Below, one piece after another: positions 10,774 to 20,607 of a DNA stretch of 32,000 nucleotides. A model generated the notes under the pieces. That model did no database searches and was not told where the DNA came from. It worked only from the letters and a program-made list of their open reading frames with translations. The first letter of the stretch is position 1; each line of letters starts with the position of its first letter. Location of the stretch: positions 1,200,001-1,232,000 of the forward strand of contig NZ_CP179200.1 in the NCBI RefSeq assembly GCF_051201565.1, in the 5' to 3' direction. This DNA is from Pseudothioglobus sp. nBUS_23 (GTDB lineage: Bacteria > Pseudomonadota > Gammaproteobacteria > PS1 > Pseudothioglobaceae). Made by a program: the position numbers and the translations under genes.

Positions 10774-10782
10774 GCAATTCTC

Positions 10783-13676
<2,894 letters not shown>

Positions 13677-13707
13677 TAATGATATACTCTTGAAAAAATA
13701 GATAAAA

Positions 13708-14154
13708 ATGAATCAAAAAGCCGCCTTCTATTTAATTTCAATTGTCCTTGTTTTCTTCATTGGCTATTCCTATTCTCAATATAACACTGAACCGCCAGAA
13801 CCTGTGATTATCAATTTAGATAATTCAGATGAAATTGAGCAGTACAGAACTGATATTTCAAGCCTAAAGCTACAACTTGATGAGCTCGATACACAACTCA
13901 TAAAAACGCTTGATGAATTCAAGATTACAAGTAAAAAACTCATACTCTCGTCCAGTAAAGTTAAGGTTTTGGAGGATGAATTAAATTTAATCCAACAAAA
14001 ACACGATGATTTAGAATCTAAATTAACTCAGCGTGATGCAACAATTTTATCTGACGAGAAGGAAATTAACTCCCTTAGAAATTTGTTAGAAAGCACTTTA
14101 ATTGAACTTGAGTTGAGTCAATTTGAAATCGAACTTCTTGAAGAGCAGCTTTAA
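13708..14154 (+). CDS. Hypothetical membrane-anchored coiled-coil protein
   Basis: 148 aa. It has one N-terminal hydrophobic helix (AAFYLISIVLVFFIGYSY), then about 100 aa rich in heptad-like L/E/K/Q/D (LKLQLDELDTQLIKTLDEF..., LEDELNLIQQKHDDLESKL..., LIELELSQFEIELLEEQL). I recognise no family. Coding is supported only by ORF length, position and composition. Confidence 0.6.
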   Translation: MNQKAAFYLISIVLVFFIGYSYSQYNTEPPEPVIINLDNSDEIEQYRTDISSLKLQLDELDTQLIKTLDEFKITSKKLILSSSKVKVLEDELNLIQQKHDDLESKLTQRDATILSDEKEINSLRNLLESTLIELELSQFEIELLEEQL

Positions 14155-14162
14155 ACAGCTAT

Positions 14163-14840
14163 TCAAGAGTAATAATTTACAAAACTTTCTATACTCTCTC
14201 TCGTTGTTCGGTAGGAATTAACGATGTGCTCTTTATCTTCATAGCCTATTGCTAATCCGCACAAAACAAGTTTATCCTTAAACTCAGGAAGCTCTTGGCG
14301 AACTATATCAGGATACTCTCCTAATGCGGCCTGTGGACAAGTTGCTAAGCCATGCTCGACAGCAGATAGCATAATGGATTGAATAAACATGCCGTAATCC
14401 ATAAATGAGCCTTTCTCCATAGATTTATCAATAAAAAATAGCAGGATAACTGGTGCATTAAATGCTTGATAATTGAGGGCCCACTGATCGATTTGTCTTT
14501 CTTTGTCTTCCCGCTCTATCTCTAGAGTTGAGTAAAGCAACAAGCCGCATTCTTTTCTTCTTTCTTTGTACTCATTTTTCCATTCCACAGGATAATACTT
14601 GTAATCCATTGACCCTTTATCACCGGCTCTAAAAGCTTCCTCAAATTTATTGCAGAGATTGTTTTTGCTTTCTCCAGTTAATACTGCAACCTGCCATGGC
14701 TGAGTATTAACTCCTGATGGAGCTGTCTTAGATTGCTCAATAATTTCATTAATCACGTCAATTGAAACCTCTTTATCTAAAAAAGCTCGTGTAGATTTTC
14801 GATTTAATAAAGCAGTTTTAACATCCATCATTGACTCCAT
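14163..14840 (-). CDS. Nitroreductase-family flavoprotein
   Basis: 225 aa. Contains ALLNRKSTRAF (the RxSxR FMN-binding start), APSGVNTQPWQV, and a C-terminal GL(A)IGY motif typical of the NADH-oxidase/nitroreductase fold. Confidence 0.85.
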   Translation of the reverse strand: MESMMDVKTALLNRKSTRAFLDKEVSIDVINEIIEQSKTAPSGVNTQPWQVAVLTGESKNNLCNKFEEAFRAGDKGSMDYKYYPVEWKNEYKERRKECGLLLYSTLEIEREDKERQIDQWALNYQAFNAPVILLFFIDKSMEKGSFMDYGMFIQSIMLSAVEHGLATCPQAALGEYPDIVRQELPEFKDKLVLCGLAIGYEDKEHIVNSYRTTRESIESFVNYYS

Positions 14841-14854
14841 TGTCTCTCAAGTAG

Positions 14855-15748
14855 TTAATTAACAGGCTTTGCATATAGAACAATTATATTTCCTACTATA
14901 ATTAATAATACGCCTACTAAACCAATCCAGCTCCACTGATAGTTTTCAAACAGAGTTGATAAAAGAAGTGCAATCGTAGGAGTAAAAATATTGACATAGG
15001 AAGCCTTATCTGCGCCAATATTGCCAACAAGCTTAAGGTAAACACCAAAACCAATGACTGAAGCTATGACAGCCAAATATACCAAAGATATGACGTAGCT
15101 ATAGCTTGTATCAAAGCTGAAACTAACATCACTAAAACTGATATATAAAATGAGAATCAGAGAACCATAAAGCATACTGAAAGCATTACTCTGTACCAGA
15201 GGTATTTTTCGAGCTTGAAATTGCCCAGATAGAAGCATCCCAATAGATGCAAAAAAGGTTGCCAATAACATCCATATAAAGCCCTTAGCTACATCAGAGC
15301 TTAAAGACCACTGCGTATTACTAATTTCATTTGAAAAAATTATCGAGAGTCCGCCAATGCCAACTACTGCGCCAATCAGAATTGGTAGCCTTATTGGTTT
15401 ATTAAAAAAAATAAATCCATTAAAAACTGTAAACAAAGTCAGGGTGGAAAAAATAAGACAAATCAGTCCTGTAGCCAAATAAAAGGTTCCAAAGTAGGCA
15501 CAAATATAGTTAATACAAAACAGAAAAAAACCAAGTAAAAGCCAATTTGCATGGTCTCTCCAAGGAAAATTAAGCTTGAGCCCTCGAATGAAACACCAAG
15601 CAAAAAGCAAGAGGGATGCTAATAAGAAACGCCATACTATTGATACTTGCGGTGCTACATCACTGAGCTGAAAACTGATCGCAAACCACGAAGAGCCCCA
15701 CGCCAAAAGAACAACAAAGTAAAGGAGCGCATTCATTGTGCTGAACAA
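14855..15748 (-). CDS. DMT-superfamily (EamA-like) transporter
   Basis: 297 aa and almost entirely hydrophobic, with about 10 predicted TM helices arranged as two EamA-like repeats. Confidence 0.85.
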   Translation of the reverse strand: MFSTMNALLYFVVLLAWGSSWFAISFQLSDVAPQVSIVWRFLLASLLLFAWCFIRGLKLNFPWRDHANWLLLGFFLFCINYICAYFGTFYLATGLICLIFSTLTLFTVFNGFIFFNKPIRLPILIGAVVGIGGLSIIFSNEISNTQWSLSSDVAKGFIWMLLATFFASIGMLLSGQFQARKIPLVQSNAFSMLYGSLILILYISFSDVSFSFDTSYSYVISLVYLAVIASVIGFGVYLKLVGNIGADKASYVNIFTPTIALLLSTLFENYQWSWIGLVGVLLIIVGNIIVLYAKPVN

Positions 15749-15760
15749 TTAAAAAAGTTT

Positions 15761-17677
15761 CTATTGAACTCTATTAGAAATCAAATCATCCACAACACCA
15801 GGCTCAGCTAAAGTCGACGTATCTCCGAGCTCCTCATAGTCATTCTCAGCAATTTTTCTCAGAATTCTTCTCATGATTTTGCCTGACCTTGTCTTAGGTA
15901 AGCCTTGTGCAAATTGAATCTTATCAACGGTTGCTATTGGGCCAATTTCTTTTCTGACTAATGCTACAAGCTCTTTTTTCAGCTCTTCAGTGCCTTCAAT
16001 GCCGCTCATCAAAGAAACGTATGCATAGATCCCTTGGCCCTTTATATCATGCGGCATTCCAACCACTGCAGCCTCACTTACATTGGTGTGAAGAACAAGC
16101 GCTGATTCTATTTCAGCAGTTCCGAGACGATGTCCAGAAATGTTAAGGACATCATCGACTCTTCCTGTAATCCAGTAATAACCATCGGCATCTCTTTTAA
16201 CCCCGTCACCCGCAAAATATTTTCCAGGGAATGTTGAAAAGTAGGCCTCCATAAAGCGCTCATGATTGTTGTACAAGGTTCTCATTTGACCAGGCCATGA
16301 ACGAGCTAGAACCAGAACACCTGAAGCCTCACCCTCGAGCACCTCTCCTTTCTCAGTTAATACTTGCGGCTCGACTCCAAAAAAAGGCTGCGTAGCAGAT
16401 CCCGGTTTTAATTCAGTAGCATAAGGCATTGGCGTTATCATGTGGCCACCGGTTTCAGTTTGCCACCATGTATCAACGACCGGACATCTCTCTTCACCAA
16501 CAATACTGTAATACCACTCCCAGGCCTCGGGGTTAATAGGCTCTCCAACGGTTCCTAAAACCTTTAAACTAGATCTAGATGTTTTCTGCACAAGTTCGTT
16601 TCCTGCTCCCATCAAAGCTCTAATGGCAGTTGGCGCTGTATAAAAAATATTGACTTGATGTTTGTCAACTACCTGCCAAAATCTTGAAGCATCCGGATAA
16701 TTTGGAACACCCTCAAACATCAGCGAGGTTGCTCCATTCGCAAGTGGTCCATATACTATATAGGAGTGGCCTGTAACCCAACCCACATCTGCAGTACACC
16801 AATAAATATCTCCCTCTTGATAGTCAAAGGTGTATTTATGTGTCATCGCAGCATAGAGTAGATAACCGCCTGAAGTATGAAGAACACCTTTGGGTTTGCC
16901 AGTTGACCCTGAAGTATAAAGAATGAAAAGTGGCGTCTCTGCATCAAACATCTCGCATGGAAACGTAGAAGAAGCATCTTTGAGCAAATCATGGTACCAA
17001 ACATCTCTTTCTGACCATCCTATTTCATTGCCTGTTCTTTTAACAACGACTATATTTTCAACGCAGTCGCACTCTTTGACTGCTATATCTACATTAGCTT
17101 TGAGGGGTATAGATTTACCCCCACGAACTCCTTCATCAGCCGTAATGACTAGCTTACATTCGCTATCAAGTATTCTATCTCTGAGAGCATCTGGAGAAAA
17201 ACCACCAAAGACAACCGAATGGATTGCGCCCAGTCTTGCACAGGCAAGCATAGCTACAGTTGCTTCAACAATCATTGGCATGTAGAGACAAATCCTATCA
17301 CCCTTTTCAACTCCAAGATCTTTCATTCCATTTGCAAATTTACAGACCATCTCATAAAGCTCTTGATATGTTATTGATTCGCTAGAATCTGGGTCATCGC
17401 CCTCCCAAATGATTGCAACTTGATCAGCACGTTCAGGCAAATGTCGATCTAGGCAGTTGTATGAAACGTTTAAAGTTGCTCCTTCAAACCATGCAATTTT
17501 TCCTTTAGAAAAATCGACATCTGAAACTTTATCCCATTTACTATTCCAAGTGATAAATTTTTCGGCCTGTTCTTCCCAAAAATCATCAGGACTATCAATT
17601 GATTGTTGATACATTGAATGATACTTTTTAGCATCAATTAAGGGCTCTCTATTGCTTTGCATGATTGGATATTTCAT
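15761..17677 (-). CDS. acs: Acetyl-CoA synthetase (AMP-forming)
   Basis: Contains [11 protein letters not shown] (AMP-binding motif), [22 protein letters not shown], and a C-terminal [17 protein letters not shown] that holds the conserved acetylatable Lys. I prefer the ATG at 17677, with GGAG at 17687-17684 and a 6-nt spacer, over the TTG at 17680 used by the track. Confidence 0.95.
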   Translation of the reverse strand: MKYPIMQSNREPLIDAKKYHSMYQQSIDSPDDFWEEQAEKFITWNSKWDKVSDVDFSKGKIAWFEGATLNVSYNCLDRHLPERADQVAIIWEGDDPDSSESITYQELYEMVCKFANGMKDLGVEKGDRICLYMPMIVEATVAMLACARLGAIHSVVFGGFSPDALRDRILDSECKLVITADEGVRGGKSIPLKANVDIAVKECDCVENIVVVKRTGNEIGWSERDVWYHDLLKDASSTFPCEMFDAETPLFILYTSGSTGKPKGVLHTSGGYLLYAAMTHKYTFDYQEGDIYWCTADVGWVTGHSYIVYGPLANGATSLMFEGVPNYPDASRFWQVVDKHQVNIFYTAPTAIRALMGAGNELVQKTSRSSLKVLGTVGEPINPEAWEWYYSIVGEERCPVVDTWWQTETGGHMITPMPYATELKPGSATQPFFGVEPQVLTEKGEVLEGEASGVLVLARSWPGQMRTLYNNHERFMEAYFSTFPGKYFAGDGVKRDADGYYWITGRVDDVLNISGHRLGTAEIESALVLHTNVSEAAVVGMPHDIKGQGIYAYVSLMSGIEGTEELKKELVALVRKEIGPIATVDKIQFAQGLPKTRSGKIMRRILRKIAENDYEELGDTSTLAEPGVVDDLISNRVQ

Positions 17678-17763
17678 CAAAAACTCCGATTAATCGATTT
17701 ATCAAAAAAATCAATGTTACCAAACTCGATGACTGGATAGCTTAAATATATTTTTGTTTAAGC

Positions 17764-17793
17764 AAAAAAAATGACGCAATTGCGTCATTTTTT
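17764..17793 (-). terminator. Rho-independent terminator downstream of rpoZ
   Basis: The minus-strand RNA reads AAAAAAUGACGC-AAUU-GCGUCAUUUUUUUU. This gives a perfect 7-bp GC-containing stem extended by A:U pairs, a 4-nt loop and a U8 tail. It starts 20 nt after the rpoZ stop and separates rpoZ from acs. Confidence 0.7.
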
Positions 17794-17812
17794 GAATTGG
17801 AGAAATTAAAGT

Positions 17813-18157
17813 TTATTCCTCTTCTTCCTTGACTTCTAGATTGTCAGATTCTACTTCTGAATCAAGTTTTGCCTGAGACAACTCTTCATTAACCTCATTC
17901 ATCTTTGCTTCGTCTGCTAATTTTTCCTGAGCATTGAGCTCTTCTTCCATCGCATACTCTTCAGTGAGAATCGATGCATCAATTAAACCCGCCTCAATCT
18001 CTCTTAGAGCTAGAACAGTTGGCTTGTCCTTTGCAACATCTAGGGTCGATCTAAATCCACCAGAGTTGAGTTGGTGTGCACGCTTTGCTGCAACTAAAAC
18101 CAACTCAAATCTGTTTTGTACCTTGTCTAAACAATCTTCAACTGTAACTCTTGCCAT
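17813..18157 (-). CDS. rpoZ: DNA-directed RNA polymerase subunit omega, with extended acidic C-terminal tail
   Basis: [30 protein letters not shown] is the canonical omega N-terminus. The protein is 114 aa, and the last roughly 45 aa are strongly acidic ([13 protein letters not shown]...[15 protein letters not shown]). Confidence 0.9.
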   Translation of the reverse strand: MARVTVEDCLDKVQNRFELVLVAAKRAHQLNSGGFRSTLDVAKDKPTVLALREIEAGLIDASILTEEYAMEEELNAQEKLADEAKMNEVNEELSQAKLDSEVESDNLEVKEEEE

Positions 18158-18183
18158 AATCTTGATATACCTTTTGGGGTGAA

Positions 18184-18192
18184 TGCTAAAAT
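18184..18192 (+). promoter_or_regulatory. Candidate extended -10 (TGcTAAAAT) for dnaQ
   Basis: TG at 18184-18185 and TAAAAT at 18187-18192 lie 27 nt upstream of the dnaQ ATG. TTGATA at 18162-18167 is too far away (19-nt spacer) for a canonical -35. This is a motif-only call. Confidence 0.3.
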
Positions 18193-18219
18193 ACAGTATT
18201 TTACTTTATTACTTAAACC

Positions 18220-18885
18220 ATGGAAAGACTTATTGTGCTTGATACCGAGACAACTGGGATCGATCCGCAAGAGGGGCATCGTATTATTGAAGTGGGTGCT
18301 GTTCAAATTGAGAATAGAGAAATCACAAATACTGAATTTCATAAATACGTCCAACCCAATCGCATAGTTGGAGATTCAGTAAAAGTTCATGGTATTACAG
18401 ATAAGTTTTTGATTAATAAACCTCAATTTAATCAGATTTCAGATGATCTTCTCTCATTCATTGAAGGTTCAACTTTGATTATTCATAATGCTCCATTTGA
18501 TTTAGGATTTCTAAACCACGAGCTTAAGCTAAATGGAGTTAAAACTAAAGTTGAAGATTTGTGTCCTGTCATAGATACTCTTGAGTTATCAAAAGAGCAA
18601 AGGCCAGGAACCATGCACAATCTAGATGCCCTTTGTCGACGATTTGGAATTGACACTAGTGCAAGGACAAGACATGGTGCTCTTCTTGATGCCCAAATAC
18701 TTGCTCAAGTTTATTTAGCAATGACTGGGGGTCAATCAAACCTTTTTCAAGAAACTCAAAACAATGAGCCTCAAATCTCTCACCCCTCAATGATTAAAAA
18801 AAATAAATCAAATAAGGAAAAAATCAAGGTAGTTTTTGCCAATGAAGAAGAAACAGAACTCCATCTAAACTATTTCAAAAATTAA
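18220..18885 (+). CDS. dnaQ: DNA polymerase III subunit epsilon (3'-5' proofreading exonuclease)
   Basis: 221 aa. The DEDDh exonuclease motifs are present: VLDTETTG (ExoI), IIHNAPFDLGFL (ExoII) and HGALLDAQILAQVY (ExoIII). These are followed by a Q-rich linker and a short C-terminal tail. Confidence 0.9.
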   Translation: MERLIVLDTETTGIDPQEGHRIIEVGAVQIENREITNTEFHKYVQPNRIVGDSVKVHGITDKFLINKPQFNQISDDLLSFIEGSTLIIHNAPFDLGFLNHELKLNGVKTKVEDLCPVIDTLELSKEQRPGTMHNLDALCRRFGIDTSARTRHGALLDAQILAQVYLAMTGGQSNLFQETQNNEPQISHPSMIKKNKSNKEKIKVVFANEEETELHLNYFKN

Positions 18886-18931
18886 TAAAATCTACCTCAG
18901 ATAATTAACTCAAAATTGATTTAATTAAGCA

Positions 18932-18959
18932 TTGACTAAGAAGGGTATGACAGTATAAT
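18932..18959 (+). promoter_or_regulatory. Sigma-70-type promoter of the tRNA operon (TTGACT-16 nt-TATAAT)
   Basis: TTGACT at 18932-18937 and a perfect TATAAT at 18954-18959 are separated by a 16-nt spacer. The -10 element ends 10 nt before the mature 5' end of tRNA-Pro. Confidence 0.6.
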
Positions 18960-18969
18960 TACTCACCTT

Positions 18970-19046
18970 CGGAGTGTAGCGCAGTCTGGTAGCGTATCTG
19001 GTTTGGGACCAGGTGGTCGGGGGTTCAAATCCCTCCACTCCGACCA
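18970..19046 (+). tRNA. tRNA-Pro (anticodon UGG), CCA encoded
   Basis: I folded the cloverleaf by hand. Acceptor CGGAGTG/CACTCCG, D stem GCGC/GCGT, anticodon stem TCTGG/CCAGG with loop TTTGGGA, T arm GGGGG-TTCAAAT-CCCTC, discriminator A, then CCA. Length is 77 nt. Confidence 0.95.
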
Positions 19047-19096
19047 AAATTTAATTTTTAAAGTGCAAGCCTATACTTTATTAAAGCAAAGTTATC

Positions 19097-19173
19097 GCGC
19101 CCATAGCTCAGCTGGATAGAGCAACGGCCTTCTAAGCCGTAGGTCATACGTTCGAATCGTATTGGGCGCGCCA
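19097..19173 (+). tRNA. tRNA-Arg (anticodon UCU), CCA encoded
   Basis: Acceptor GCGCCCA/TGGGCGC, anticodon stem ACGGC/GCCGT with loop CTTCTAA, T arm ATACG-TTCGAAT-CGTAT, discriminator G, then CCA. Length is 77 nt. Confidence 0.95.
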
Positions 19174-19183
19174 CTTTTATTAT

Positions 19184-19260
19184 GGCGGGAATAGCTCAGT
19201 TGGTAGAGCCCCGGATTGTGATTCCGGTTGTCGCGGGTTCGAGCCCCGTTTCTCGCCCCA
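19184..19260 (+). tRNA. tRNA-His (anticodon GUG) with encoded G-1, CCA encoded
   Basis: An extra 5' G (G-1) sits opposite discriminator C, which is the bacterial tRNA-His hallmark. Acceptor GCGGGAA/TTCTCGC, anticodon stem CCGGA/TCCGG with loop TTGTGAT, and T arm GCGGG-TTCGAGC-CCCGT. It is only 10 nt from tRNA-Arg. Confidence 0.95.
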
Positions 19261-19279
19261 CTCCATTTTCAAAATTTTT

Positions 19280-19288
19280 TGGTATACT
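19280..19288 (+). promoter_or_regulatory. Candidate extended -10 (TGgTATACT) upstream of the 141-aa membrane protein gene
   Basis: TG at 19280-19281 and TATACT at 19283-19288 lie 20 nt after tRNA-His and 30 nt before the ATG at 19319. There is no recognisable -35. No terminator separates the tRNAs from this gene, so read-through from the tRNA promoter is an alternative. Confidence 0.3.
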
Positions 19289-19318
19289 CTCTAGCAGTAA
19301 AAATAATCTCAGATTCTT

Positions 19319-19744
19319 ATGAAAACCTTTAAAGTCTTTAGTCATCCAACTAAAGAAGTAAAAGCAGTAAAGACAGGTTTTGCATGGCTAGCAATACCAT
19401 TTGTGACTTTCCTTCCTTTCCTTCCAGTATGGTTTTTATTTCGTGGTCTTTGGAAGATTTTCATTGCCTACATTCTAACCATTCTTATTCTTGCAAGCAT
19501 AGATTATGAAATCTATGGTGAATTAGGTTTTTTTAATTTCTCAAATTCAAATGATCTTCAGATAATTATTGTAATCATTGAAATGGTTATCCTTCTACTT
19601 CCAGCCTTTAAAGGAAATGAGTGGACATCAATAAACTTATTGAATAAAGGATACAAATTATCATTTACAGTTCAAGCTTCAAACAAAAAGGAAGCACTAG
19701 AGTTAGCTCAAAATAAAAAGATTGATTACGATAGGATTTATTGA
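19319..19744 (+). CDS. Small integral membrane protein, DUF2628-like
   Basis: 141 aa. The N-terminus MKTFKVFSHPTKEVKAVKTGFAWLAIPF...LFRGLWKIF, two to three TM helices, and the C-terminal ...FKGNEWTSINLLNKGYKL...VQASNKKEA match my recollection of the DUF2628 pattern (Y.HP....EAVK.GFSW.AFFF, then GN.WR...L...GY). This family assignment is unverified. Confidence 0.6.
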   Translation: MKTFKVFSHPTKEVKAVKTGFAWLAIPFVTFLPFLPVWFLFRGLWKIFIAYILTILILASIDYEIYGELGFFNFSNSNDLQIIIVIIEMVILLLPAFKGNEWTSINLLNKGYKLSFTVQASNKKEALELAQNKKIDYDRIY

Positions 19745-19748
19745 AGAC

Positions 19749-19777
19749 AAAAAAAATCCCATCAAAATAATGGGATT
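19749..19777 (-). terminator. Intrinsic terminator-like hairpin after the small lipoprotein gene
   Basis: The stem is AATCCCAT (19755-19762) paired with ATGGGATT (19770-19777), with a 7-nt loop. On the minus-strand RNA the hairpin is followed by a U-run from the A-run at 19749-19754. On the plus strand only UU follows. The element is therefore oriented for the minus-strand gene that ends at 19800. Confidence 0.5.
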
Positions 19778-19799
19778 CTTAGAGCGTAATAAGAGAGAA

Positions 19800-19946
19800 T
19801 TAGAAAATACTTGTCACTGCTCCCCAAATACCGCCCACTACATTTCCAACTCCATTAACTGCAGCAGCAGGAACAGCCATAATAGTGTCCATACAACCAC
19901 TAACAAGCAAAGCTAAAACAGCAACAAATAAAAATCTTAATTTCAT
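19800..19946 (-). CDS. 48-aa putative lipoprotein with glycine-zipper-like mature peptide (not in the ORF track)
   Basis: My translation is MKLRFLFVAVLALLVSGCMDTIMAVPAAAVNGVGNVVGGIWGAVTSIF*. It has a positively charged n-region, a hydrophobic core and a lipobox L-V-S-G-C (Cys18). AAGGAG (19960-19955) sits 8 nt upstream of the ATG, and the hairpin plus U-run lies 22 nt downstream of the stop. The 64-aa plus-strand ORF at 19722-19916 is its shadow. Confidence 0.65.
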   Translation of the reverse strand: MKLRFLFVAVLALLVSGCMDTIMAVPAAAVNGVGNVVGGIWGAVTSIF

Positions 19947-20100
19947 TTTTTAAACTCCTTAAATATTTCGAAATTTCATTATAAAGTACTTTAAATTACT
20001 TATCCAATCAAATTAGAAATTTAATGATCTTAGCTATTAAATTACTAAATAGCTCAATTTAGAGTATATTTTAAGATTAGATGATCAAAAATAATTAAAT

Positions 20101-20607
20101 ATGCAATTTCTCTTTAGACATATATCATTAATCTTAATTATACTTTTCTCTGTAAATTCTTTTGCAACTTCACTGACTGAAGATGCTCAAAATCGCGGAA
20201 TTAATGAAACCTGCTCTAACTATCTTGAACAAATAGAATCTTCATACGGACTTAGCGGGTTAAATATTACTTTTGCACATCCAGAAAACCCATCTTTACT
20301 TCCATCCCTGCACATATCTGCTCAACAGTATAATAATGGCAGCTCTTCTTTCTCTGCAACTTTAATGCCAGATGATGAATACTGCTATCTATCCACTGTT
20401 TTAGTAACAGCAATAAACAACCAATCATGTTCTGAGATTACTCAGGTTAAGTCAGAGAATGATGAAAATTTGAAAGTATCTTTTTATGCAGATGGTAATT
20501 ACACTATTCTTACCCCTTCTGATGACTCCTTTCAGGCAATTCTTACTTCATCAGGTGACAATAGCTGCACAATGACTGAAACAAGAATGATGTGGCCTGG
20601 AAAATAA
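20101..20607 (+). CDS. Hypothetical secreted protein (signal peptide, four Cys), orphan
   Basis: 168 aa. The N-terminus MQFLFRHISLILIILFSVNSFA|TS looks like a Sec signal peptide with an AxA-like cleavage site. The mature part is S/N/T-rich with four spaced cysteines (ETCSNY, EYCYLS, QSCSEI, NSCTMT). I recognise no family and see no clear SD. Confidence 0.6.
   Translation: MQFLFRHISLILIILFSVNSFATSLTEDAQNRGINETCSNYLEQIESSYGLSGLNITFAHPENPSLLPSLHISAQQYNNGSSSFSATLMPDDEYCYLSTVLVTAINNQSCSEITQVKSENDENLKVSFYADGNYTILTPSDDSFQAILTSSGDNSCTMTETRMMWPGK

Noticed and set aside
18127-18367. The 75-aa minus-strand and 62-aa plus-strand ORFs spanning the rpoZ-dnaQ spacer and the dnaQ 5' end.
   Set aside because: They overlap the confidently identified rpoZ and dnaQ coding regions and the promoter spacer. 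I see no family resemblance, and accepting them would leave no promoter space.
19722-19916. 64-aa plus-strand ORF from the track (MITIGFIEDKKNPIKIMGF...).
   Set aside because: It starts inside the preceding gene, runs through a terminator-like hairpin and has no SD. It is the antisense shadow of a much better supported minus-strand lipoprotein ORF (19800-19946), and its sequence is low-complexity S/N/T/H-rich.
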